Made by a program: the position numbers and the translations under genes | The notes under the pieces: generated by a model | Seen by the model: the letters and a program-made list of their open reading frames with translations, nothing else | What the model was told of the DNA's origin: nothing | Database searches by the model: none | Source of the DNA: Octopus bimaculoides | Taxonomy: Eukaryota | Assembly (NCBI RefSeq): GCF_001194135.2 | Contig: NC_068987.1 | Coordinates: 72,581,768-72,645,767, forward strand | Direction of reading: 5' to 3' | Length of the DNA stretch: 64,000 bases | In this document: in pieces, positions 25,630 through 36,755 of the stretch | How positions within the stretch are numbered: the stretch's first letter is position 1 | Layout: each line of letters starts with the position of its first letter

Positions 25630-25940
25630 AAAAACATTCGAACGAGGTAGTTGCCAGTGCCGCTGGACTGGCTCCTGTGAAGGTGTCACATAAAAAACAC
25701 CATTTTGAGTGTGGCCGTTGCCAGTACTGCCTGACTGGCCCTCGTGCTGGTGGCATGTAAAAGCACCCACTACACTCTCAGAGTGGTTGGCGTTAGGAAG
25801 GGCATCCAGCTGTAGAAACTCTGCCAGATCAGATTGGAGCCTGGTGCAGCCATCCGGTTTGCCAGTCCTCAGTCAAATCGTCCAACCCATGCTAGCATGG
25901 AAAACGGACGTTAAACGATGATGATGATGATGATGATGAT
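25630..25940 (+). mobile_element. (ATG)n-tailed retro-element, young copy
   Basis: Nearly identical to 46200-46475 and 43927-44075. More diverged copies at ~10340-10520, 11045-11210, 24440-25375, 38040-38255, 38420-39175, 45800-45995, 49860-50035, 55000-55320, 58310-58620 and 63350-63640. Confidence 0.88.
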
Positions 25941-26334
25941 GTTGGCACACTGGGCAAACTGCTTAGTAGCATTTCATCCTTCTTCACATTTTCAGTTCAA
26001 ATTCTGCCGAGGTTGATTTTGTCTTTCATCCTTATGGGGTCGATGAAATAAGTACCAGCTGAACACTGGGGTTGATGTAATTGACTTACACCCTTCCCCA
26101 AAATTACTGGCATTGTGCCAAAATTTGAAACCATTATTATTATTGTTGTTATTGCTATTATTATTATCATTATTACTATCAACATTATTTTTGATTAGTA
26201 CACATTACAAAGCGGCTCACGGGCCAAGAGTTTCGTGTATGACAAATGCCATGAAATTCTCAGCCGGTTTGTCGCTGAAATATATACACTTACATATTGA
26301 GTTCTTTTTATCTTTATTTATAAGCTCAACCAAA

Positions 26335-26366
<32 letters not shown>

Positions 26367-27275
26367 NNNNNNNNNNNNNNNNNNNNNNNNNNNNNNNNNN
26401 NNNNNNNNNNNNNNNNNNNNNNNNNNNNNNNNNNNNNNNNNNNNNNNNNNNNNNNNNNNNNNNNNNNNNNNNNNNNNNNNNNNNNNNNNNNNNNNNNNNN
26501 NNNNNNNNNNNNNNNNNNNNNNNNNNNNNNNNNNNNNNNNNNNNNNNNNNNNNNNNNNNNNNNNNNNNNNNNNNNNNNNNNNNNNNNNNNNNNNNNNNNN
26601 NNNNNNNNNNNNNNNNNNNNNNNNNNNNNNNNNNNNNNNNNNNNNNNNNNNNNNNNNNNNNNNNNNNNNNNNNNNNNNNNNNNNNNNNNNNNNNNNNNNN
26701 NNNNNNNNNNNNNNNNNNNNNNNNNNNNNNNNNNNNNNNNNNNNNNNNNNNNNNNNNNNNNNNNNNNNNNNNNNNNNNNNNNNNNNNNNNNNNNNNNNNN
26801 NNNNNNNNNNNNNNNNNNNNNNNNNNNNNNNNNNNNNNNNNNNNNNNNNNNNNNNNNNNNNNNNNNNNNNNNNNNNNNNNNNNNNNNNNNNNNNNNNNNN
26901 NNNNNNNNNNNNNNNNNNNNNNNNNNNNNNNNNNNNNNNNNNNNNNNNNNNNNNNNNNNNNNNNNNNNNNNNNNNNNNNNNNNNNNNNNNNNNNNNNNNN
27001 NNNNNNNNNNNNNNNNNNNNNNNNNNNNNNNNNNNNNNNNNNNNNNNNNNNNNNNNNNNNNNNNNNNNNNNNNNNNNNNNNNNNNNNNNNNNNNNNNNNN
27101 NNNNNNNNNNNNNNNNNNNNNNNNNNNNNNNNNNNNNNNNNNNNNNNNNNNNNNNNNNNNNNNNNNNNNNNNNNNNNNNNNNNNNNNNNNNNNNNNNNNN
27201 NNNNNNNNNNNNNNNNNNNNNNNNNNNNNNNNNNNNNNNNNNNNNNNNNNNNNNNNNNNNNNNNNNNNNNNNNNN
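26367..27275. other. Assembly N-gap (largest of seven)
   Basis: Other gaps at approximately 22004-22154, 22910-23489, 29752-30289, 39859-40680, 41472-41509 and 42967-43431. Confidence 0.99.
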
Positions 27276-27355
27276 TTGTTTATATATATATATATTTTTT
27301 TATTTATGTGTTTCAGCCAAGTGGCTGCGGTCATGCTGGTGCACCACCGTGAGAA

Positions 27356-27389
<34 letters not shown>

Positions 27390-27392
<3 letters not shown>

Positions 27393-28287
27393 AGGTCTGA
27401 TCAATAAATATCCAGACTGTTGCTATAATAATGAAGCTAAAGCACAGTGAGTGAAGCTGCTTGGCACAAATTGACTTTGAACTCTGCTGTGCATGCACAC
27501 TAAGTTTTAACATTCGAACTCACTTCCGCTGTTTACAGCAGTACTTGGAAGGAAGGCGTGTAGTGTGTGATTGTTGCATTGACCAGAACAGAGAAAGTTG
27601 AGCAGAGAATCTGCATCAAATTTTACCAAAAGCTTAGTAATACCTGCTCAGAGGCCTATGCAAAATTTTCAAACAGTTTTCATTGTTCTCGATACAACCA
27701 AGGAGATCATTGTGTAACTGAAAACCAAGTGTCCTTTTAGTCAGCTGAAAGCAGTTTGGGCACAAACTTGGCAGATATGCGTCTCATACACAAAACTTCA
27801 GTGCCAATGGACGGATCAGAACCATAACTAATTTGCACATCCTCTGACAACACATGGATGGTGATTTGACGATTACCCCTTACAGCTGCATGCACATCTG
27901 TGATGTTTTTCTCAGTTCTGCTGGTTGCAGATCTCCCAGAACATTTGTCAATATTGACATTTTTTCAGCCATCTTGGAAACATCTGCACCACTCATACAC
28001 TTGTGACGGCTTACACACTCTCCTCCAAACACTTTCTGGAACTTTGCATAGGCCTCTGAGGAGGTATTGTCATGACAACTTTCTCTGTCATGATCAATGT
28101 GATGATCACACGCTACACACCTTCCTTCCAAGCACTACTGTAAACAGCAGAAGTGAGCTAGAATGTTAAAACTTAGTGCACAGGCACTGCAGAGTTCAAG
28201 GTCAATCTATGCCAAATTTGTTTCACTCTGCATGCTTTAGCTTTGTTACTATAGCAACAATTCTGATACTTATTGATCAGCCCTTGT
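27390..28287 (-). mobile_element. Non-autonomous mariner built from two inverted 5' ends
   Basis: Ends caagg(t/g)ctgatcaataa are inverted, and arm homology extends ~250-290 bp into the transposase start. The minus strand carries decayed HTH coding sequence (SEAYAKFQKVFG...KFVPKLL...ENNENCLK). Confidence 0.85.
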
Positions 28288-28859
28288 GTGTGTGTGTGTG
28301 TGTGTATGAGAGTATTGTAGTTCGCTTGAAGCATTTTAGCTTCTAAGAAGATCTGAAGAAGGAATTGTAATTCCGAAATATCATCAGACTATAGATAACC
28401 GTATTACAACAGGTATATAGTCAATTTTTTGTTTTATAGTGCATTGTTGTACCATTCTAAACTTTTTATTCTTTATATATATATATATATATATAGATAT
28501 GTACATACTAGTGGTGCCCCAGCATGGCCACAGCCTTAGGGCTGAAACATGTAAAAGAATAAAAAAAAATACATATATACATATATATGGATGTGTGTGT
28601 ATATATATATTTAAACACACACATGTGTGTGTGTATACGCACACACACCTATAATGTATAAATATATATTTAAATACATGCGTGTGTGTGTGTGTGTGTG
28701 TGTGCACCTGCATGCACACAAACACACACAGAGGTACTTCATGAATAAATGGGATTTTTTCAATCTGACTTACAGATTTTCTAATTAATTTTTTTTAACT
28801 AAACACTTTCAAACTTCGGATACTGTTGTACATGCACACTCATATTGCACATCCAGTGT

Positions 28860-29166
28860 CTACTACTATAGCCTCAGGTCGATCAAAGTCTTGTGAGTGG
28901 ATTTGGTAGACGGAGGCTGAAAGAAGCCCGTCATATATATATATTATATATACACACGTGTGTGTGTTTGTATGTCTGTGTTTGTTCCCGTCATCGCTTG
29001 ACAACTGATGTTGATGTGTTTACATCCCCGTAACATAGAGGTTCGGCAAAAGAGACCGATAGAATAAGCACTAGGCTTACAAAGAATAAGTCCCGGGGTC
29101 GATTTGTTCGGCTAAAGGCGGTGCTCCAGTATGGCCGCAGTCAAATGACTGAAACAAGTAAAAGAA
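28860..29166 (+). mobile_element. SINE family A, 5'-truncated
   Basis: aaagtcttgtgagtggatttggtagacgg...ggcggtgctccagtatggccgcagtcaaatgactgaaacaagtaaaaga. Confidence 0.88.
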
Positions 29167-29229
29167 ACACATCTCAGAATCGTATTTCGTTTCGGTGTTT
29201 TCTTTTTTAAGTAACCTTTTACTTGTTAC

Positions 29230-29383
29230 CTGCGTGAATCAAGCTTTGAATTTTTCTTCTTAAACTTCCGGTATTCGCCGAAGGTCACTTCCTGTTAGTG
29301 TCACACTTGTTCAGTTACGTTTATCCCATACGACGTGTTGCGTCCTAACAGTCTGAACTTTTGTTAGAAGTTTATGTGTAAGT
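29230..29383. promoter_or_regulatory. Candidate (bidirectional) promoter / 5' UTR exon region
   Basis: CpG-retaining unique sequence. ETS-type motifs ACTTCCGG (29264-29271) and CACTTCCTG (29286-29294). Plus-strand donor gtaagt at 29378; minus-strand donor CAG|gtaaca at 29230/29229. Confidence 0.4.
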
Positions 29384-30959
29384 TCATATTATTATATTAC
29401 AAATTGCAAGTAAGAAATCAAAAAGAAAAGATAAGCCAAAAAAAAAAAAAAAGTTGAAAACTTTTTGATATCAAAATTGTTTTGAAATTATTACAACGGA
29501 AAAAAAAATTCAAATTTGACAACGAATGAAATGGTATATTTAAAGTTTCACACCAGACTCGAACAACAAAGCGACGTTTGATAAACCGCTAATTCCAGCG
29601 AACAACCAAATATAAACGTTTTAATTAGAATATACAATCTGTAAATGGAATTAACTGATTATATATATGAGGTAAATTAAAACGATTGCAAGGAAAAAGG
29701 AAAAACTGCAGGGGTCGGGAAGGGGAATTTCCGAGGTTCCGCTCCACCCACNNNNNNNNNNNNNNNNNNNNNNNNNNNNNNNNNNNNNNNNNNNNNNNNN
29801 NNNNNNNNNNNNNNNNNNNNNNNNNNNNNNNNNNNNNNNNNNNNNNNNNNNNNNNNNNNNNNNNNNNNNNNNNNNNNNNNNNNNNNNNNNNNNNNNNNNN
29901 NNNNNNNNNNNNNNNNNNNNNNNNNNNNNNNNNNNNNNNNNNNNNNNNNNNNNNNNNNNNNNNNNNNNNNNNNNNNNNNNNNNNNNNNNNNNNNNNNNNN
30001 NNNNNNNNNNNNNNNNNNNNNNNNNNNNNNNNNNNNNNNNNNNNNNNNNNNNNNNNNNNNNNNNNNNNNNNNNNNNNNNNNNNNNNNNNNNNNNNNNNNN
30101 NNNNNNNNNNNNNNNNNNNNNNNNNNNNNNNNNNNNNNNNNNNNNNNNNNNNNNNNNNNNNNNNNNNNNNNNNNNNNNNNNNNNNNNNNNNNNNNNNNNN
30201 NNNNNNNNNNNNNNNNNNNNNNNNNNNNNNNNNNNNNNNNNNNNNNNNNNNNNNNNNNNNNNNNNNNNNNNNNNNNNNNNNNNNNNNNTATGGTTTTGAA
30301 ATATTTCGAAAATGAGTATTTTACTCTAAATATTATTTTAATGCTTAAAATTTAATATTTGGGAGTTTGACGGAATTCTGCTTTACGCATATAACTCCTC
30401 ATACCTTTATTTGACGGACGCCGGATTAAGGAAGCACAAACAAGTTGGAATTTTCCCGTTTTGACAGGGATTTTTGAGATTTTTTTTTGCAGTGTCCTTA
30501 GAGATGCTCTGGATCGACGTTTTAGCAAAAGAAAAAAAAATATTTGCGAAAAGCGATGTTTTCTCCCCCTCTCCCACCGTTTCCCCCTCTCCGGACTGAT
30601 TTCGGTCAATTTTGTTGGCACTGCGCACTTATAAATGGCAGAGGTAAAGAATATGCCGGGTGTGCGAATTCTTTACCTTCGCCTTCTACAGTTTTTAAGT
30701 GCATAGTTCCCCACAAACTCGGTCGGGGAGCATCATTTTTTCGAAATTTTTTTTTGAAAAAAAGGCACCTGAATTTTTTGCTTAAATCTCAACAATTGAC
30801 CATTAAAGGTGTTTATGGGGAGAAAGATATCGAAAAACAATCACTACGTCAGACTGACAAAAAAAAAATGAGATGTGCTAAAATAACAGCTAAATAGCCC
30901 TTAAATCACGTGGTGGACGCTTTAGTAGTTGCAGCCTCCTTTTTCTTGTTTCTCTTTTC

Positions 30960-31850
30960 TCTGTTACAAGTTCATCTAAAATTTGACAGGGCAACCTGGT
31001 CTCTTTCATTCTTGCTAAGTGGCCCGCTCACCTCTGACAATGTTTCAGGATGGTGGCCTTGATGCTGCTGCTTTTCATTCTTTCCAGAACAGACATCGGT
31101 CACATAGTCATTCCATTTGACATTCATAATAGAGTGGAGTCTCTGTTGATGAAATTGCTTTAGTCTTTTGATGTCATTTTGGTAGAGTCCAGGTTTCACA
31201 ACCATAGAGGAGATTGGAGATCATGACTGCTTGGTAGACACTCAATTTTGTTTAGTGGTTCAGATCTTTGTTCTTAAAGACCTTTTTTGCGAGTCCTCCA
31301 AACACATTGTGAGCTGCTCTTAATCTGTTCTCCACATCTTTTTCCGATGTATACTTGTTTGAAAGCAAACTTCCTAAGTATGAAAAGTGGTCAACTTTCT
31401 CCAGTGGCATCTCTGAAATGGCACTGTTGAGGTTTGGAGTTTCCTGACTTAGAATGTATTGTTCCAGGCCCAAAATCCTTCTGCTGCAGCACTACCTAGA
31501 GTGACATGCGAGGTCCAGAAGATGGGTGGCAATGGAATTCCACTAGCTCCAATGTCATTAGAGTTTTGCTTTTCTAGCCAGTCTGTCTGGCATTGCCCTT
31601 TTTTTGCTAGGATCAAATGTTGAGTTCAGAGATCTAGCTTCCTTCGCTGGGGTCTTAGTTTGGTGTGATGAGGGATAAGGACAGCACTCCTGTGCCCTTG
31701 CTTGATCAGATCTTGTTGGGTATCCACACACCCTAGTCCAAGATTCAGCAAGCTGAACCAAGAAGGTAGCCAGTTTAGTCGTTGACAGCCTGACCATAAC
31801 TGGGTGTACGTGGTTACTCATTGTCTCCAAGGAGACACTTCAGCACCCAT
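30960..31850 (-). mobile_element. Internally deleted RTE-type LINE
   Basis: LEKVDHFSYLGSLLS...DVENRLRAAHNVFGGL.KKVF and IKRLKQFHQQRLHSIMNVKWNDYV in 30960-31480. The upstream part is only loosely assignable. Confidence 0.75.
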
Positions 31851-33799
31851 ATGAGGGGTTATATACCTTGCATAAAGCAGAATTCCGCCAAATGTTACTT
31901 GGTTATTCATATATGTAAAAAAACCTCTATATCATACAATTGTGAGCTGGTTTCAGTTGAAATCTTGTCACTTTTATCTCCTGCCCCTAACATTACACAA
32001 TGGCATATCAAAAAATGATTTTACACTTCGAACAATGTAAATTTTCATTAAGATTTATTGGTTATTTTCATTTTAGATTCTTCAATGTTATGGGTGCCTT
32101 TCTGCACAAGGGCATGCTGTAAGCAGGTGTCCGTATAAGGAGCACTATATTCAGATGTCGTCACACACATCAGTGTGTTTGTCTGTGTATATGATTACAT
32201 GTAGAATATATATAGATATACACACATAATAATTGCAGAATATGTCTTTAAGTACTTTGAAGACAGTTACCGCTTTTAATGATAACTGTATCCTACAATT
32301 TCAGAATGAAATTTTTGAAAATGCCTACTAGTTTACTATTCAAAGTAACTGTTACAAATTTAGAATTATAGTATTTTTCTTTATATTTAAAAAGAAACTG
32401 CTATACCGTCCTTAAATATTGTTTTGAGGAATTAAATAACGTGATTATATATATATATATATATTTATATTGCAGGTGTGGCTGTGTAGTAAGAAGCTTG
32501 CTTCACAACCACATGGTTCTGGGTTCAGTCCTACTGAGTGGCACCTTGGGCAAAAGTCTTCAATAGCCCCAGGCTGTCCAAAGCTTTGTGAATGGATTTG
32601 GTAGGTGGAAACTGAAAGAAGCCTGTCATATATTTATATATATTGTTTATATTATGTTAAACTGTCGTATGTCCAAATTTGGCCAAAGGTCTTTTTATTT
32701 TTCAATATTTATTTTTGCTTGCAATAGTTGGTTGTTTTGGTCAAACTATCGTATCCCCAGCTCTTTCAGATGCCAACATATCAAAACTTTTCAAAGTTTT
32801 GCTATAGAATGGTGAAACTATTTTTTTGTTTTCTGAAAAAGCAAAATTTTGGACTTGCAACACTTTTGCATAATAGCAAATGATATGCAATATTAAATAT
32901 TCAAAGGAACCATGTACTTAAATGATAGGCACCAGATTGGGTTGAATTAACTTCTACACAGCACTTTTAGTTGAATAAATATCTTGGGTGCCAAAGTACA
33001 TCCAATGAAAAATTCAGATTATGTATACAAAGAATTTAACCCTTATGAGTATTTTAATAACTTATGGGCCAATCCAAAAGTGTATGCTTTGGCTGGAATC
33101 AATTTCGACTGGCCCACTGTGGTAAAGTGTTGTTCTTACGTTGTTTTAAAATGTTATGTATCATCCGATGAAAGCGATTTTGTTTAGTTATAAAGTAATA
33201 TACTCATCTATTAAAGAAATCTGTTGGAAATCGTTGTAATGAAGTGACATATCCATTGTTGTTTGTCATATAAAATTGAAGTGTGTGTGTGTGTACAAAA
33301 ATTTAATGTACCTCAATAACGTCTACCTCTTTCATCCCATTTCTTTGAAATTTTATTCACAGCTGCTTCATATCCCTGACCCAAACATAGGCTACTTAGA
33401 TTTTAAAAAAATCAATTTTGCTCACAACTTATGTGTTTTTCACCAATTTTTTTCCATGCTTGTACAAGTCAGAATAATTTTTATAATGGTTGTGGACACT
33501 TTCATACTGCTAACCCATCAACGAAGATTGGAACTTGTTTTTGGCAATCTGTTAAGCTAGAGTAAGAAATGTTGTGCACCTTTCTCAGGTACAACACATT
33601 GTAGTGATAGATATAACGGGAAATCTTGACCTTGTAGTTACTAGTCCAATACCTTAACCTTTCATTTACTATGCATCACATCTCTATAACATTGTTCAAC
33701 TTACTATAAATAGCAGCCAAATCTCCTTCAAATGACATTGTGCTATTTGAGAAAAGAAGACATTGAATACTGTAGTCTGAAGTGCACAACACCTGAATA

Positions 33800-33926
33800 C
33801 AGGGTGTCCACAAGGTCTGGGTACATGAAGTAAATATAATCATAGCATAAACAATTAAATATAAGAAATAATAATTTCTTAAAGTATGTGTTAATCCCCA
33901 TGTACCCAGACTTTGTGGACACCCTG
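33800..33926. mobile_element. Tc1/mariner MITE (127 bp)
   Basis: 28-bp TIR cagggtgtccacaaggtctgggtacatg with one mismatch; TA on both flanks. Confidence 0.85.
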
Positions 33927-34083
33927 TATAATGGGATTGCTATGATGGGACTGCCTTTGATGGTAGATGTGTGAAATGAGAGCTGACTCTAGTTAGGCAA
34001 CACAGCAAATGATATGGTATAAAAAGAACTCGTTCTGATTAGTTTCTTATTGTCTTTTTAGTATCATCACATGCGGGACAGGT

Positions 34084-34170
34084 ATGAAGAAAAATACCAT
34101 TCAATGTACACTGTTTGAAAGCTTTTCTTCTGTACAAGATGGAACAATGGATTCTTGCTCAGCAAAGAAG
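34084..34170 (+). CDS. RAD17: RAD17 putative first coding exon (MKKNTIQCTLFESFSSVQDGTMDSCSAKK)
   Basis: Acceptor tcttttttag ends at 34061, donor AAG|gtaatt, phase 0 joins the next exon in frame. The sequence is poorly conserved, so the start codon is inferred. Confidence 0.6.
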
Positions 34171-34377
34171 GTAATTGTCTTTAATTTTGTTGCAATTTAC
34201 ATAGTGTATCAATCTTGTCTTTCACATAGAGAAAAGAGTACAGTTGATTGAATCCTCCTGGGTACATAACTGTCATTTGTTTTATTGCTTCTGGTGAGAT
34301 TTGAACTCAGTAATTTAAAGAACAGGATTAAATATTTTAAGATATTTAGTAGTCTAAACTATCATCTCTGTTAAACG

Positions 34378-34829
34378 CCCTGCGCACGTAAGCGAAAGCA
34401 GGGTATTGTAATCACTCATCTTTGTGTTTGCAAAATTACTGGAAAATGGCTGAATGGATTTTCACCAAATTTGGCAGAAATACTCATTGGATGAGTGGCT
34501 TGAAATGATGAAAATTTGGTTTGATTATCTTCAAACATACGTTAATACATACATAGATATGCGACTGTGTGTGTACAGTGGGTTTTGTTTATTTATGAGT
34601 TGATTTCTTAATTTCACCAGAGTATAAATACCTATAATGGTGATATTTAAAAAAAAAAATTTTTTTAAAATTAAAGTTACAAATTTCTCAATAAGCAAGT
34701 TTAGTCAAACATTTACAAAGCTTAATTCAGTTTAATTAAAAATCATGGGTAACCAACGCATTGTAAACCACACTATAACTTGGCAAAAAATTTATCTGCA
34801 CACAGGGTATGCATTTCCCTTCTGATGCC
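34378..34829 (+). mobile_element. Helentron-associated (HINE/DINE-1-like) non-autonomous element
   Basis: 5' hairpin ccctgc-gcacgtaagcgaaa-gcaggg, 3' sub-terminal cacacagggt plus short gcat...atgc palindrome, followed by a T-run. A truncated second copy lies at 44435-44545. Confidence 0.6.
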
Positions 34830-34907
34830 TTTTTTTTTATCGTTTATAACTCTTTTGGCACATATCATTCTCCAACACCTTTATACATCTTTGAGCTAAT
34901 CGTCCAA

Positions 34908-35127
34908 AATATTCCTTTCTACTAAAGGCACAAGGCCTTAAATTTTGGGAGAGGGGACTAGTCAATTACATCAACCCCAGTGCTTCACTGGTACTTAATT
35001 TACCAACCCTGAAAGGATGAAAGGCAAAGTTGACCTTGGCGGAATTTGAACTTAGAACATAGCGATGGGTGAAATAAACGCTAAGCATTTCGTCCAGCAT
35101 GCTAATGATTCTGCCAGCTCGAAGCCT
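34908..35127 (-). mobile_element. SINE family C, full length
   Basis: gagctggcagaatcattagc...gttctaagttcaaattccgccaaggtcaactttgcctttcatcc. Other copies at ~3083-3297, 3700-3850, 9940-10140, 17130-17210, 17340-17520, 25950-26140 and 36943-37152. Confidence 0.82.
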
Positions 35128-35186
35128 TAATCATGCAAAATAACTAGACATGTTCCAGCATAATGTTATCACGTTACTCTACAGAG

Positions 35187-35502
35187 TTTATTCATTTATT
35201 TATTTATGCACCCTTTCAAAGCATAGCTAGGCTCATGGGCCCGGTTTCTATGGCGTATGTGTTCCTCCCCCAGCTGGACAGGACGTCAGTCCATCGCAGT
35301 GTTACTCAAGAAACAGGAAGAAAGAGTGAGAGAAAGTTGGGGGCGAAAGAGTACAACAGGGGTCGCCACCACCCCCTGCTGGAGCCTCGTGGAGCTTAGG
35401 TGTTTTTGCTCAATAAACACTCACAACGCCTGGTGTGGGAATCGAGACCGTGATCCTCCGACCGGGAGTCCGCTGCCCTAACCACTGGGCCATTGCGCCT
35501 CC
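35187..35502 (-). mobile_element. tRNA-derived SINE (family B head, 3' domain 2)
   Basis: Same ~165-nt head as 24037, then gcgatggactgacgtcctgtccag... and an (AAAT)n tail. Confidence 0.88.
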
Positions 35503-36530
35503 ACACTCTACAGGGAACATATCATTTTATCTTATGTAACTAGATACTTTGAAGTATTTTTTCTTTTTCAAATGTTGTTTTTTTCTTCACATTTTGTGCT
35601 AACCAGATAGGCAGTTTTTTTTTATGATGCAAAAAGCAGTATTTACTATCCTGCAGTGTTGACCATGTTATTCAGTTCGTCCTTTTAAAAGATAGTATGG
35701 TTTGAGGTAACTTTGGATGCTATCTCTAGCAGCTGGACTGACTTAAAAGCTCCTTAAATACTGACATATCATAAAGCAAATTTGTTCTAATTGCTATAGG
35801 AAACAGAATGCAATTATTAAAGGAGATTATAAGGCTGATGAAATTGGTGATAATACCACTATCATCATCTTTGAAATCTGAAACTGTATTTGTTTCTTGT
35901 ATTTCTTCATATTGTTACATTTCATACAATTATATTTCAAGTGTAGAGGCTTGAGATAGAGCATTGGACTAATATGTTGCAATACTTAGTCTCTCATCTC
36001 AGGTTTCAAATCTCTATAGGATCAGTAAAAATAGATTTTATTAATATTTTTTCAAATTTTGCTGTTGTATGAAATGATTCTCTGCAAGCATGGCTGTGTG
36101 GTTAGGAAGCTTGCTTCCCAACCATTCGATCTTCAGGTTCAGTCCCACTGTGTAGCATCCTGGGCAAGTATTCTCTACTCTATCCTTAGGCTGACCAAAC
36201 CCTTGTGAATGGATTTGACAGATGGAAACTGAAAGATGTTTGTCGTGTGTGTGTTTATGTATTACTTTGTCTAGACATCATATGATGGCTGCAGGTGAGC
36301 ATCATCATCATACAAATAAAGTTATTTGTCTCCAGTCTAGCTATGTGAAAATATTACCTTGCTTGGAAATAGGTGAGGGTTGGCAATAGGAAGGGCATCC
36401 AACTTGAAAAAATCTGCCTCAACAAATTCCATCTGACCGTTAAAATGGTGATGAGGATGATGAGTTATTTCCTTTGAACAATTCTTGTTTATCAGTAAAT
36501 AAATACATAAATTGTTTGTTTGATTTTCAG

Positions 36531-36755
36531 AAAAGTATGCAGTGGGTGTCTTCTGCCTTTGACAGTGGTAGTGAGCAGAACGAAACACAAAATATATCCA
36601 ATACCAAAGCATTAAAAAGGAGTTTGAGTTGTGCTTTTAGTAACAAGTCAAAATGTAAACCACCCAAATACAGTAACTGTAAAACTTCTGGAATTAGTAT
36701 GAAGGAAAATTCATTTGAAGAACTTTGGGTGGATAAGCATTTCCCCTCGTCTGTG
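36531..36755 (+). CDS. RAD17: RAD17 exon (KSMQWVSSAFD...EELWVDKHFPSSV)
   Basis: ttttcag| ... GTG|gtatgt; 75 codons, phase 0/0. Contains the RAD17 WV...F and WVDK motifs. Confidence 0.88.

Noticed and set aside
30635-30643. ATG GCA GAG|gtaaag as a RAD17 first coding exon
   Set aside because: Splicing to the 34062 acceptor enters the wrong frame and stops at 34116-34118.
32095-32125. Short resemblance to antisense U6 (tctgcacaagggcatgct)
   Set aside because: Under 20 nt with mismatches and no flanking U6 similarity.
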